DNA from: Octopus vulgaris
Lineage: Eukaryota
Assembly: GCA_951406725.2 (NCBI GenBank)
Contig: OX597824.1
Coordinates: forward strand, 4,340,001 to 4,404,000
Direction of reading: 5' to 3'
DNA length: 64,000 nucleotides
In this document: piece by piece, positions 1 through 13,261 of the stretch
Layout: each line of letters starts with the position of its first letter
How positions within the stretch are numbered: position 1 is the stretch's first letter
Notes under the pieces: model-generated
The model's input: only the letters and a program-made list of their open reading frames with translations
Database searches by the model: none
Told to the model about the DNA's origin: nothing
Program-made: the position numbers and the translations under genes

Positions 1-412
1 TGAGAGGGAGAGCTGGAGGGAAAGGAAGAGGAAAGATATTAAGAAAGTGAAAATAGAAGAAGCAATGAGTTAATGTAAGTGAGAAATTCAGAAGAGGATG
101 AGAGAGAGAGATGGGAAGAGGGAGTAAAGGTAAGAAATTGGAGGAAGTAGAGGTATGTGATAGAGAGAAGGAGAGTGTAGAAGAGGAAGGAGAAGATGAG
201 AGAAAGAATGAGGAAAGTAACAAAGTTAGAGAGAGAGAGAGAGAGAGAGTGAGTGAAGGATAGAGAGAGATTGGCTGCTGATGAGTGGGAGATGGTTTAG
301 TGACAGAATGAGTGTATGAAGCAGAGAGAGAGAGAGGGAGAGGGAGAGAGAGAGAGGGCCAGACGGACAGACAGGGGAAAGAGAGAGACAGAGAGGAAGT
401 AAATAGGGAAAC
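1..412. repeat. Purine-rich (GA)n low-complexity tract
   Basis: Almost exclusively A/G, with (GA)n runs. Confidence 0.9.
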
Positions 413-439
413 ATCGTACCATCATAATCACTATGTCTA

Positions 440-615
440 CTGTTAATTGTTGTTGCTATTGTTGTTGTTGTTTTCTATCTACGTTGCTGTTGCTATGCCT
501 GTTGCTGCTGTTGTTGTTGTGATTGCTGCTGCCGCCGCTGCCTTGTAATGCTGCTGTTCCGATTATCAGTGCTATCACTGCTGCTGCTGCTGCTGCTGTT
601 GATGCTGTAGTAGTG

Positions 616-665
<50 letters not shown>

Positions 666-1700
666 TGTAATTGTTGTTGCTCCAGTTAACGCTGCTGCTG
701 GTGCTGCTGTTTCTGCTGCTGTTGCTGCTGTCGGCTCTCGGTGCCGCTGTTGATATTACTGGCACACTTGCTGCCGCCACTGCCGCCGACGCTGCTGCTG
801 CCGGTGCTGCTGCTGCTGCTCTTGTTTGTTGTTATTACAGCTTAATAATGTTCTTGCACTTATTGCCGTTTACATTTCTGCTGCTGTCATTGCTGCTGCT
901 GGTGCTGTTACTGGTAGATTTTGTTGCTGCGACTGCTGCTGCTGTTGCTGTTGCTGCTGTTGATGACATTACTATAAATGTTGTTCTCACTGTTGTTACG
1001 GTTGCTGTTTCTATTAACGAGGCTGTTGCAGCCGCCGCAGTCGTTACTAATGGCTCGGATCTTACGCTGCAGTTGTTGCTGCTGCTGCTGTTGTTGTTGT
1101 TATTGTTATTTACTGTACATATGCTATTTTTGTTGTTGTTGTTATAGTAGCTGATGATGATGCTGCTGCTGCTGATGGTGATGATGATGGTGATGGTGAT
1201 GATGATGGTGATGATGATGACAAGGTTTTGATGTAGTAACCACAGCTATTGGTACCATTGTAACAGCTGCTGCTGCTGCTGCTGCTGCTGTGCTACTGGT
1301 GCTATTGATATCATTGTTGTTTCTACTGCTGCTGCTGCTGCCGCTGCTGCTACCACTATTGACTTGTTACTGCTGTTGTTGTGGTTGTTGTTGTTATTGT
1401 TTATGCTGATGATGATACCAATGATGACGATGATGACAACGGCAGTGATGGCGACGGAGGCGGCGGCTAGTGATGACGACGATGATGATGATGATGATGA
1501 TGATGCTGTTGTTATTGGAGATGCTGGCAGAGGCAAGTTAGCAAGCGAAGCGATGTGAACTGCAGTCAGGGATGAAGAAGACAGGGAACTGCATAATTAT
1601 GGCGGACAGTGTACTGTTGCACTGTTGCAAGGTAGGAGGAGGAGGAGCAGGAGCAGGAGCAGGAGGGGGAGCCGGAGGAGGAGGAGGAGGAGGAGGCATA
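440..1700. repeat. Compound trinucleotide low-complexity region: (GCT)n, (GTA)n, (GTT)n, (GAT)n, (GGA)n
   Basis: Directly visible; produces the polyA/V/L/Q/D pseudo-ORFs in the track. Confidence 0.9.
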
Positions 1701-1739
1701 TCAAATGGTGAAAGAAGAACTGTTGTATGTATGTATATG

Positions 1740-1950
1740 CCCTAGGTCAGCCCTGACTGAGCAGAGTTTTAAGCAAAGACATTCCAACCATAACCACCCC
1801 GCCTTCTTTTTATGAGTATCTAGGACTACATTATCCAATGATTTTTTTTTCTTCTTCTTCTTTCCTATTTAAGATGGCAGGTGAGTGATTTCAGGGAGAT
1901 CCAGCTGCTGTTTCTAGTGAACTGAGGGACCATGTAGAGGCTCCCATGTT
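1740..1950 (+). mobile_element. Dispersed ~200-bp repeat (SINE/LINE-tail-like)
   Basis: Shares 'ggtcagccctga...caaagrcattcca.ccat.acca...tgtttctag' with 34642-34830 and 54047-54243. Confidence 0.6.
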
Positions 1951-2769
1951 GGCTTACAGTTGTTGTTGTTGTTGTTATCCGGGTGATAGAAGTGATGTTA
2001 TTGTTACTGGTGGTGATTGTCATGGTTGAGTTGTTGATGGTAACTGTTTAGTTAGGAATGGTATTTTGGTGATGACAACAGGGAGTGTGTGTGTGTGGGG
2101 GGGGTTGCGGTGAGTTGTAGTATTGGTATTGATGGTAAAAGTAGTGGTGGTCATGGGTGGGATGGTGGAGGTGGCGTTAATGTTGAGAGAAGCAGTGATG
2201 CTGTTGGTGTTTCTGCTCAGTGGCAAATATGGACCGGAGCAAACGGTTGATGTAGCTGTGCGTATTGGTGATGCACATACTGCATATTGCCGGTGAAGGT
2301 TTGTGCACGAGCGTGTAAGGAAGACTCGGGGCTGGGGATAAGGTACAGCTCAAAAGATACGCATGTTAAAGGCAGTGTATCTCTCAATGGCTACGTGTCC
2401 TTTTAACCATGGATATATATATACATGTGTTTGTGTAATGTGTATAATTTTGTTCATTTGTGTAAGTGTGTGTAATTTTATTGTGTGTTTACCAATGAAT
2501 TGCTGGTCTCGGGACGTGCATAATTACGAGTGCCCAGTGTGGTGGATAAGTATACCAGGCTGTCGTGTGCATCAGTGCCTGTAAATGTGTGTGCATGAAT
2601 GTGTGTCAGGGAAAGTAAATGATCACAGGTTTCCATAACTATAACTCATGTTCGGAAGGCAACATATTGTGTGTATGCATGCGTATCTGTGTACATACAT
2701 ACACACATACATACAAACACACACTTTATGCATTACATATATATATAGCTATAGATATGTGTGCACACC

Positions 2770-2814
<45 letters not shown>

Positions 2815-2955
2815 CTGTGTGATAAGCTTCCTTCCCAACTACATGGTTCCGGGTTCAGTCCCACTGTGTGGCCCCTAAGGCAAGTGTTTTCTACTATAGC
2901 CACAGGCTGACCAAAGCCTTTGTGAGGATTTGGTAGACAGTATCTGAAAGAAGCT

Positions 2956-3001
<46 letters not shown>

Positions 3002-3223
3002 TTGTGTGTGTGTATGTGTTGTGTTTGTTCCACACACACACACACACCATCGCTTGAAAACTGATGTTGGTGTGTTTACATCCCTGTAACTTAGCAGTTC
3101 AGAAAAAGAGACCGACAGAATAAATACTAGGCTTACAAAGAATAAGTCCTGGAGTCAATTTGTTCAACTAAAGGTGGTGCCCCAGTATGGCCGCAGCCAA
3201 ATCACTGAAACAAGTAAAAGAAT
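2815..3223 (+). mobile_element. tRNA-derived SINE (family A) with internal (TA)n/(TG)n
   Basis: B-box-like GGTTCAGTCCC head and an 'agtaaaag' tail; reverse complement of the copies at 23132 and 30330. Confidence 0.8.
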
Positions 3224-3635
3224 ATATGTATATATAATTGAATAAACATCTATTTATGTGTGTCTGTGTGTGTGTGTGTGTGTGTGTATATGTAAACATG
3301 TAAGGCAGAAGAGTGACTGACTGTTTAAGAAGTTCACTCTCCAACCACATGGTTTCAGGTTCAGTCCCTCTATGTGGCACCTTGGGCAGACATTTTACGA
3401 TAACCACAAACTGGGCAAAGCCTTGTAAATGGATTTGCCCAGTTGTAAATGAGAATACATAAAACATACAAATCTGCACACACATACATTCATACATACA
3501 TATAAATAAACCCCAGTAGTTAACTGATATTTATTTTATCGACCTTGGCAGAATTTGAACTCAGAACATAAAGACAGAGGAAATGCCACTATGCATTTTA
3601 CCCAACATGCTAATAATTCTACCAACTCAGCTTAT

Positions 3636-4880
3636 ATATCATCATCATCATCATCGTTTAATGTCCACTTTTCATGCTGGCATGGGTTGGACGATTTGAC
3701 TGAGGACTGGCGAACGATGTGGCTGCCCCAGGATCCAATCTGATATGTCAGAGTTTCTACAGCTGGATGCCCTTCCTAACGCCAACCACTCTGAGAGTGT
3801 AGTGGGTGCTTTTACATGTCACCGGCACAAAGGCCAGTCAGGCGGTACTGGCAACAGCCATGCTAAAATGGTGTTTTTTACATGCTACCTGCACAGGAGC
3901 CAGTCCAGCGGCACTGGCAACGACCTCGCTCAAATGTTTTGTTCACATGCCACCGGCACAAGTGCCAGTAAGGCGACGCTGGTAACAATCATGCTTGAAT
4001 GATGCTTTTTACATGCCACTGGCACGGAAGCCAGTTAGCAGCTCTGGCAACGATCACACTCAGATGGTGCTCTTAGCACTCCACTAGCATGGATGCCACT
4101 CATCGAATTTGATTTCAATTTCAATTTCACTCGCCTCAACAGGTCTTCGCAAGCAGAGTTTAGCGTCCAATGAAGGAAAGGTACACATAAGCAGGCTGAT
4201 TACACACCCCTGGAATAGGCCACGAGGTTATGGTCTCACTTGGCTTGTCAGGTCTTCTCAAGCACAGCACATTTCCAAAAGTCTTGGTCACTAGTCATTG
4301 CCTTGGTAAGGCCTAATGTTCGAAGGTCGTGCTTCACCACTTCATCTCAGGTCTTCCCGGGTCAACCTCTTCCACAGGTTCCCTCAACCGCTAGGGTTTG
4401 GCACTTTTTCACACAGCTATCCTCATTCATTCTCGCCACATGACCATACCGACACAGTTGTCTCTCTTGCACACCACATCTGATGCTTCTTAGGTCCAAC
4501 TTTTCTCTCAAGGTACTTACACTCTGTCGAGTATGCACACTGACATTACACATCCATCGGATCATACTGGTTTCATTCCTTGCAAGCTTAAGCATGTCCT
4601 CAGCAGTCACAGCCCATGTTTCACTGCCACGTAGCATGGCTTTTTGTACACATGTGTCATATGGTCTACCTTTTACCCTGAGTGAGAGGCCCTTTGTCAC
4701 TAGCAGAGGTAAGAGCTCTCTGAACTTTGCCCAGGCTATTCTTATTCTAGCAGCTACACTTTCAGTGCACCCACCCCTACTACTGACTTGGTCACCTAGG
4801 TAACAGAAGCTATCAACTACTTCTAGTTTTCCTCCCTGGAATGTGGCAGAGGTTGTCCTCTGCACATTTTCAGTGTTCAT
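3636..4880 (-). mobile_element. 5'-truncated RTE-clade LINE: RT thumb/C-terminal ORF remnant, 3' UTR with 4-5 diverged ~65-bp subunits, (GAT)n tail
   Basis: ORF 4362-4961 contains FCYLG, RIRIAWAKFREL, GSETW and RYGHVARM, typical of RTE. Tandem 'gcttttacatgccac...ctggca' units at 3800-4090; (ATC)n at 3638-3655. Confidence 0.9.
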
Positions 4881-4992
4881 TGCTATATATAAATTCATAT
4901 ACACAGAGACACACACACACGTATGTATTATGTATGCACCTATGTATGTACATACACACAAACATAATATACATTACACATATATATATATG

Positions 4993-5372
4993 TGGAGGTG
5001 CAATGGCCTAGTGGTTAGGGCAGTGGACTTGTGGTCATAGGATCGCGGTTTCGATTCCCAGACTGGGCATTGTGAGTGTTTATTGAGCAAAAACACCTGA
5101 AGCTCCATGAGGCTCTGGCAGGGGGTGGTGGCAAACCCTGTTGTACTCTTTCACCACAACTTTCTCTCGCTCTTTCTTCCTGTTTATGTTGTACCTGTAT
5201 TTCAAAGGACGAACCTTGTCACACTCTATGTCACTCTGAATCTCCCTGAGAACTATGTTAAGGGTACACGTGTCTGTGGACTGCTCAGCCACTTAAACAT
5301 TAATTTCACAAGCAGGCTGTTCCATTGATTGGATCAACTGGAGTCCTCGTTGTCATAACCGATGGAGTGCCA
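4993..5372 (+). mobile_element. tRNA-derived SINE (family B)
   Basis: A box TGGCCTAGTGG and B box GTTTCGATTCC; head related to the copy at 36805. Confidence 0.8.
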
Positions 5373-5829
5373 CTAATATATAATATACGTATTCATAAAT
5401 AAATATTATATTTGTGTATGTATATATATAAATATACTTATATCATCATCAGTTAAGGACCATATTCCATGTCAGTATGGGTTGGATGGTTTGAGAGGAG
5501 CCAAAGTCCGCTCTGATTTGGTTTCTATGCCTGGATGCCCTTCCTAGTGCCAACGGCTTTACAGAGTTTACCACATGCCTTTTTGGTGGCATGAGCACTG
5601 CTGAGGTCACTTGCAACACAAGACACCTTGACAGAGCGGGAGTGCAGTACTGAGGGAATTGGCTTTTGTGCTAGGTGTTGAGAGGGGGGGGTATAATTGA
5701 GGGATAGGAGCAAGTGCTTTACTAGGGAGGAGATATGGCTTCTCTGGCAGGAAAGGGAGAAAGGGTGGTGAAGATGGGGTGTCAGAGCATACTCTCACTG
5801 TACGAGAAGGGGGATGAGGAAAGAACCGG

Positions 5830-6290
5830 AAATAGCAACAGGAAATGAAGGATGGCTGGGACAGGAAGGTTCCTGAGAATGTGAATTGAGATCAACAGAT
5901 GGTTTGAGATGAATACTGAGGTGAATGCAGTGAACAATAAACATAGGTGGAGGCACAGTCAGCGATTAGGGGAAAGGCAAAGGAAAATAGAGGTGGGTCA
6001 AGGGAGGAGTAGTTGATAGGGGCCCATACATAAAAAGTGGGTGTGAAGACAAAGGTCAGCACACGATAAAACCCTAGATAGAAAAGGAGTTGAAGAGATA
6101 GGGAGCACAGTTGGTATTATGGATGTGGGAGGGGAAAGGAGTAACCAGAGATGCAAGGAGGGTGTCGATGTAGGCAGAGATGGGTTCTTGGAGGCAGTTA
6201 CTCGCTGAGACAATGGGGATAGCCGGAGTTTTCCAATGGCATAGTTTGGATGAAATTGTTGTAGCTATGTTCTGAGCTGAATGCACTTCC
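5830..6290 (-). mobile_element. Degenerate Penelope-like element RT fragment
   Basis: ORF 6074-6286 'IPIVSASNCLQEPISAYIDTLLASLVTPFPSHIHNTN' resembles the PLE RT motif RPIVS.C..PTE.IS.YLD.LL.PLV..LPS.I.DT. Confidence 0.7.
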
Positions 6291-8044
6291 TGCTGCCATC
6301 CCTTACTTGCACTTCAAGTACTTTCCATTTTCAAGAATGGTATTTTAATCTCAATGGTCTTCATATGAAACCAACGAAATGCCATGTTTACAAGAGACAT
6401 AAGCAATCATGCTGTTGCTTGTATGGTATCAACGTGAAGACATAGAAAAACCAGCACACACACACACACATCCGTATTAGGTGGGCCTATGTTTCCTATC
6501 AAGTTGAGGTCATTGACATGAAATAGAAACTGAACTCTGAATGTATAGAGCTGGAGTATAAAGAGCATTGGTGTAAATGTGTATGTGCGTTTCATCATAT
6601 TTCAACGTGTGAATTTGAAGATTTACATTTATTTTTAATCTAAGACTCAGCATTATGATTGTCTCAAACTACACAACGGATTATAACACTGCCACTTGTC
6701 AATATCTTGCGGAGGCTGAAAAGATTGAGGTGCCAAGTTTAACAGAAAAAATATATTTCAATGTGCATGTCGTCATATTTTTTGGCATGAGAGAATATGT
6801 GTGCTTACCTGCAGGAACGTGTCTGTGAATCTAGATGTGTATGAGCATGCATGCACATGTGCACATGCTGTGCATATATGTGCATTATGAATGTCTATTT
6901 ATGCCTGTGTGCAATCATGTATTTGTGCATACAAGCATGCTTTAATTTGAATGCTTCTGTGGATGTGTGTTTGCAAGGAAGAAAAAAAAATGTTGAAAGT
7001 AATGAAAGGAAAGAAGAGAAAAAGATAGAGAGAAGAGAAAGGCTCCCTAAGATTCGGACCATTCTTCAGAAATGGTTGGACTGTTTGACCTTGAAGACTT
7101 GCTAAGCTATTGGTAATACTATTAGGATGATGCTAATGATTACACCACAGAACCAGGAGTATGGTACTGATTCAATTTCATTAAATATATGGCTAATCTT
7201 AGTTATATTGCTGCTGCTGAAACTGGTTAAATTAATTATGTATTCAATTAGCCATTACATATAACATTATTATTATTATTAAGTAGTTTTGTGTTTTTTA
7301 AGAAAACATCCCCGATGGATTTCTGGTCCTTGAATGAACCCCTCTCTTATAGGCCCAGAAGCCAAACACTGGTTCATTACTTTTAATGGCAGGAATTACA
7401 AAAGCGAGTGTGAAACTTTGGTGAAAGAAAACCACAAGGAATTTTTATTTGAAATCATTAATTTGTTTGTACTATTGAGGATGATATATATTTTGCTGAT
7501 ATGTGTCAGTGAAAGACACACACACACACACACACACAGGTCAATCTGAGGCTACAGAAGAAGACATTTGCCAAAGGTGCCCTGCAGTGGGATTGACCCC
7601 AGAGCAATGTGACTGCAAGACAAACTTCATTACAACACAACAATGCCTGCTCTTATACATACATTGATAAAAGTAAGGTAAGACCCATAACTTATAGGAC
7701 AACAGTGGGTACACCCCACAATCACTCAGTCTTTCTTTCATTCTCCACTCCACAACTTCCAACCCACATTTATTCACTCTATTTATATCTCTCAGCCATC
7801 TCAGCTCCAAAAGGTTTGGCTAAATTCTATAGTTTACTAAAGCAATCTAACAAAATCAAAACATACCTGAAGTTGTCGTCATACTTGCATAGGTACTCAT
7901 TGCAGGTCAACATTTAATTCCAGTTAATTGAAACTTCAAAGCCATTCTCCCTTACTTTTCTTGGCGAGAATTACTAATTAGAGTGATGTTTTTTTTCCTC
8001 CCTATCTTCCCTAACAGTCTCTTTGGCCATGTGTCATGACCTCT

Positions 8045-8360
8045 GACTAAGGTCATAGACACAAAACTGAACATCCTCCAACAAAATGCAGCTCAAGATA
8101 CACCATTGCTAAGAAGATTAGGGATCTCATACACACTAAGTCAGTTGGTAGCCAGTAGGAGGATAAAGTGGCTTGGCTGTGTCCCTCAGGATGGCCCCTC
8201 TTGATTTCCACACCAGTGTTTTTAGCGGTCTCCATGCGGTCCCAGGAAGAAAGGGTATCAGAAGAAGAACTGGTTGGCAGGATTGGAAGATGATCTTGTG
8301 AGATGAGGCTTATGACCTGGAACTTGACCGATGAAGCTTATGACTTGGCACTTGAAGCCT
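8045..8360 (+). mobile_element. Degenerate RTE LINE C-terminal fragment
   Basis: Translates 'SRRIKWLGCV..RM' and 'KKNWLAGLEDDL', like RTE RRLRWLGHVLRM...W...DL. Confidence 0.55.
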
Positions 8361-9401
8361 GATGTTCTTTGGACAAGAGGACCGAACTAACAAACTGACT
8401 AATGAGTAATATCAATAAATTAAATATGCTTCGTCTCACTCCAAAACATTGCTTAACCACAGCAACAGGAATTGACATCATCAGTGCAAGACAAAATCAA
8501 TTGCTTGTCAATTTTACAATGGTGAGATATTTCTAATTAGTATTAGCTACGTTGATAGGTCTTTACCTTGGTTACATAATAAAACATAGTGGAAGTAACA
8601 GGATATGAACCATCAACTCATTGGTTGATTCTACAAAACATTATTGATTTGACCATCTGCACTCATTCACTTTCACACACACCCACACACAAACAATTAA
8701 TTAATAGATTATCAATGATCAAATAATACATTTGTATATTTAATCTGAGTAGGAGCACAGACAGGAAAGACATAATGATAAAGAAACTAAAACATTCTCA
8801 TTGTATCCTGCCTATTTATGTCCACTCTCAGATCAAATATACATGAGTGTGTGTGCGTGTATGTGTCTGTGTGATTCCGTGGATGTGTGTGTGTATGTGC
8901 CCATGTATAAGTGTGTTTGTGTGCATGTGTGTATGTGCACATGTGCTTGCATGTGTGCATATGATTTGGGACACTACTACCAACAGAGAAGTAGCCATGC
9001 TTAGTGTATAGAAAGGAAGTAGGCTGGAACTCTGTACTGTATGTCCAATGTAAACAACAGGTACACAAAATGGTGTAGTGGAATATCATTGGAATATCCA
9101 GTAAAAAAGTAATTTATGTGTAATAATGCACAAAAGTAGTCAGCAGAAAGAGCATCTAAGAAATTAATTGATTCATTTACCAAGAAAGGCTCATTAGAAA
9201 TAGTTGTCAGCTTCTGATACTCAAGTGACCCAATCAGCACTGTATGAAGTTCAAAGTTGCATAGTAGAGAGGCAGGGGTTCAGTGGATAATGTTTTGTTT
9301 TGCTTAATCAGAAGCAATTGTAATATCCATGATCTATCAGATGGTGTTGTTAAATGTGTGGTGCACTTTATGTATTATATGTGTGACCCACTCAGCAGGT
9401 T

Positions 9402-9782
9402 TTGAACTTAGACTGCAAAAAGCTAGGACCCAGAATGCAAAGAGCTAGAGGACTCAACATGCAAAAAGCTAGAACTCAGAATGCAAAGAACTAGGACTCA
9501 GAGTGCAAAGAGCTAGGACTCAGCATGCAAAGAGCTAGGACTCAGAAAGCAAAGAGCTAGAACTCAGCATGCAAAGAACTAGGACTCAGCATGTAAAGAG
9601 CTAGGACTCAGAAAGCAAAGAGCTAGGACTCAGAGTGAAAAGAGCTAGGACTCAGAAAGCAAAGAGCTAGGACTCAGCATGCAAAGAACTAGGACTCAGC
9701 ATGTACAGAGCTAGGACTCAGAAAGCAAAGAGCTAGAACTCAGCATGCAAAGAACTAGGACTCAGCATGTACAGAGCTAGGA
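9402..9782. repeat. 22-bp minisatellite (~17 units, GCAAAGAGCTAGGACTCAGMAW) inside a minus-strand SINE head
   Basis: GCAAAG recurs at 9483, 9505 and 9527; flanks match the SINE sequence 'tttgaactcagaa...aaatactgca'. Confidence 0.9.
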
Positions 9783-11167
9783 TAAATACTGCAGGGCCTG
9801 CCATCTGACACTCTAATGAGCCGGTCGGTTCACCTCCCTTTATTCATACTTCATTTATCAACCAGAGAAGATGAAAGGCAAAGTTGAAATCTAAGATATT
9901 TGGACTCAAAATGCAAAAAACCAGAAAAAATGCTGCAAGGTATTTCATCTGATGTTCTAATGCCTCTTCCAGTTTGCCAATTAGATACAGGAAGACTGGA
10001 AAGGTGTGAGATGACACAAGCATTCTCTGACAGATTTGTGAAGTCAGCATACATAGAGAATGGAGAACAACAATGAGAGACAAAAACCTTGATATTATTA
10101 AGCAAAGTGTGCAAGAGAGAAGACTGTTCTGATAGGAAAATGAGAGACACATGAAGAGTGGTGCCAAAATGGAAAAGTCAAACGATATTAAGTTGATAAA
10201 ACCTGCAGAAATAAAAGAGTGAAGAATTCATGGGCAGATGTTGAGAGGAATGATTTTTGTGATGCATCATGAAACAGATGACAAAGTTCTTTGACTAGTG
10301 GACAGAACTGTTCAGAATTCATCCAGAGCAGAGGAAAATATATATAAAAATGATGGTGATGATGATGATGATGATGATATATACATATACATGTGGGGTG
10401 GGTGTACAAGTATGGCTACATGAACATGAAGTTTCCTTTGCAACTGTACAGTCTCAGGTTCAGTTTCATGGTGTGGCATGACACTTCTTCAGTGACCTTG
10501 GTGGACCAATGCCATGTAAATGAAATGCATAAACAGAAACTGTAAAGAAGCCCATAAGGTATATGTCTATACTTGTGCATGTGTGCATATGTGTGTGAGG
10601 GGGAGAGACAGGGTGCAAGAATATCAATTCCATGTGTGGCCATTTGCACCATCCAAGCAAAAGATGGTGGCTTCATCACTTTGTCAGTTGGACAAATGTT
10701 CAATAATTCAGCAGATGCGTAAGGATGAGAAGAGATGGAAAAATGACTTACTTGAAAAACAAGGGTTGGTGAAAGGAAGAGCATCTGGTTGTGGATAATA
10801 TGCCTCCGTAAGTTTCATATAACCTCTTATTAGCATGGAGGGATGAATATCAAACTGATGATGACACAAACACACATTCACTCAGTAAAAAGATAGACAT
10901 GCGCTCCACAAGGTATAATATCGTTAGTGCTAATGAGGATTTTTCCATCGAAATTGCTCATATAAATTATACATTATTTGAGGCTTTGATGTAAGTCTAC
11001 ACAGAGAAAGAAAATAAAAAAGAGTCCACTTCTAATGCAGGTAATGAAGGAAATATCTATGATTTTACCTCACAACATTTCTTTTCATCAAATGGTGTAG
11101 AAAAGCTTGAATCCTTCTCTGTTACCAACAGGATGTCAGTCATAAGACTGCTAGATATATGTATATA

Positions 11168-11713
11168 TAGGGCACCTGTAAAGTTACTATATGGTTATTC
11201 TGAAAACAACTCTATGATACAGTTGCTGAGGCATATATTAGAAGCCCAAAGAAATCAATTTGCCATGGTAGTTCAGAAATTGGTATCAAATGAACATCTC
11301 GACATAAAATACTTACAAAACCCAATATGAAACCTTACATTCCTGGTCTAATTCACGAACTTCTGAAGGGTGGTCCTGATCACAGGTCTCAATTTTGTGA
11401 ACAGTTCCTAAGTCACAGAAGGCAAGTTTGTAAATCAGAGGAAGTCAAGAAATATTAAAGATCTTTGCCAGTTCATTATTGATGCATTTGCTAACCTTGT
11501 TCCAGACTTGTGTACCAAAGTTTGTCACAGTGTGCTTTCACGTTGTCAAGAATGCATTGAAGCTAATGGTTTACCATTTAAAACATTTATCATAACTGCA
11601 GGAAATGAAATTGATTGCCTGTATTGTTAGAATATTTTCTGAAAATCTTTTTTAGTCTAACCATGATATTTCTTTACTTCAAATATCTGTATAGTAACTT
11701 TCTGGACACTCTG
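11168..11713 (+). mobile_element. Internally deleted Tc1/mariner-superfamily transposon
   Basis: Imperfect TIRs sharing AAAGTTACTATA (11180-11191 and 11690-11701); remnants 'SPKKSI...KPYIPGLIHELL...DHRSQFCE' and 'RCQECIEANG'. Confidence 0.75.
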
Positions 11714-11959
11714 GACATACACAAATGTGTACATACATGTGTGTATATATATTTGCATATATGTATGAGCAAGGGTGCTGCTGCTGCTGTATGTGTGTGT
11801 GAGTATATATGTGAATATATATATATATATTGTTGGCATCCTTTTTGTCTCGGGAGACAATGGAGTTGCGCATAAAGTAGTCTAGTCCGGCTTTTACATT
11901 TCATGTCCTGATACATTTCCTGCTGTGGCTTATATATATATATATATATAATCTTCATT

Positions 11960-12350
11960 TATTGTTTTACTTGTTTCAGTTATTGGACTGCGGCCATGCT
12001 GGGGCATCACTTTGAAGAATTTTTCGTTGAATGAATTGACCATGGTACTTATGTTTTTTAAGTACTGGTACTTATTATATCAGTTTCTTTTGCTGAACTG
12101 CTAAGTTACAGGGATGTAAACACACCAGTACCAGTTGTCAAGTGGTGCTGGAAAACAAATACAAACACAAAGACGCACAAATACTCACATATGTATATAA
12201 GAGTACGATGGACTTCTTACAGTCTCCATCTACCAAACCCTCTCATGAGGCTTTGGTTGGTCCAGGACTATAGTAAACGACACTTACTCAAGGCACCAGG
12301 CAGTGGGACTGAACTGTGTGGTTGGGAAGCTTCTTAACACAGCCATGCCT
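11960..12350 (-). mobile_element. tRNA-derived SINE (family A), diverged
   Basis: Colinear with 23132-23540. Confidence 0.75.
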
Positions 12351-12399
12351 AGAAAATATTTTCATTATGATACTAATTCTATCTAATTAGGGTTAGGTC

Positions 12400-12615
12400 A
12401 AAGGTGGCAAGCTGGCAGAGTTGTTAGCACACCCAGGCAAAATGCATAGCAGCATTTCATCCGTCTTTACATTTGGAGTTCAGATTCCACCAAGGTCAAC
12501 TCTGCCTTTCATCCTTTCTGGGTTGGCAAAATAAGGACTGGTTGTACACCGGGGTCGATGTAATCGATCTACCCCTCCTCTGAAATTGCTGGCCTTGTGC
12601 CAAAATCTGAAACCA
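12400..12615 (+). mobile_element. tRNA-derived SINE (family C) with a GCCTTTCATCCTTT core (Meta/MESC-like domain)
   Basis: Head 'ggcaagctggcagagttgttag', B box GAGTTCAGATTCC; core also seen near 17235 and 63555. Confidence 0.65.
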
Positions 12616-13009
12616 TCATTAGAATGGAAGTCTAAGACCATAAGATGAGACTGTTGGTTTCAGCTGTTGCCTTTTAAAGACTAGATCCACTCCAATCCCT
12701 GTTCTCTATATTGTCCAAATATTTCAGTCATCAACTCTTATGGGAATTATTCCTTTCACATATTGCTTTAAGACCTTAAACACCTTTGGGGGTGGGGGTT
12801 CTTTTATCCTCTAATTGCTTGAATAATTACAGCTGGTCAAAAATCTCATAATATTACATTTGTGAGACCTTACAATGTTCATATTTAGTATAGAGACTGA
12901 TTCCTTGAGGTACTTTCCTCAACTACATGATTAGTGGGGAGTTTTAGGGATGCCTCTCAAACCCTCTTTCATGGGGCCAAAGAGATGATAGTCCAGTGGC
13001 AATGATAGT

Positions 13010-13261
13010 CCAGTGATGAGGAAGTGAAAACTGTAGTGAAGAAGTGGCTCAAAGAACAGTCAACAGAATTTTACGGGGCAGGGATACATGCTCTCATTTG
13101 AAGGTGGAACATTGCTATTGAGAGAAACGGTGACTATGTTGAGAAGTAGGGATGTGATGCACCGAGGACCAGCTTCATGTTGATGTATGATACATGTTCC
13201 TCTGTTGGTAATTATATCTGTCCTAAACAAAATGGCATTACTTTTTGACTCACCCTCATAC
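13010..13261 (+). mobile_element. mariner transposase 3' end plus right TIR
   Basis: 'SDEEVKTVVKKWLKEQSTEFY.AGIHAL..RWNIAIERNGDYVEK*', then TIR TTACTTTTTGACTCACCCTCATA. Confidence 0.85.

Noticed and set aside
226-1558. PolyQ/polyA/polyL ORFs
   Set aside because: These are translations of compound trinucleotide repeats, with no splice or domain support.
2221-2300. High-complexity plus-strand exon candidate
   Set aside because: All three frames contain stops.
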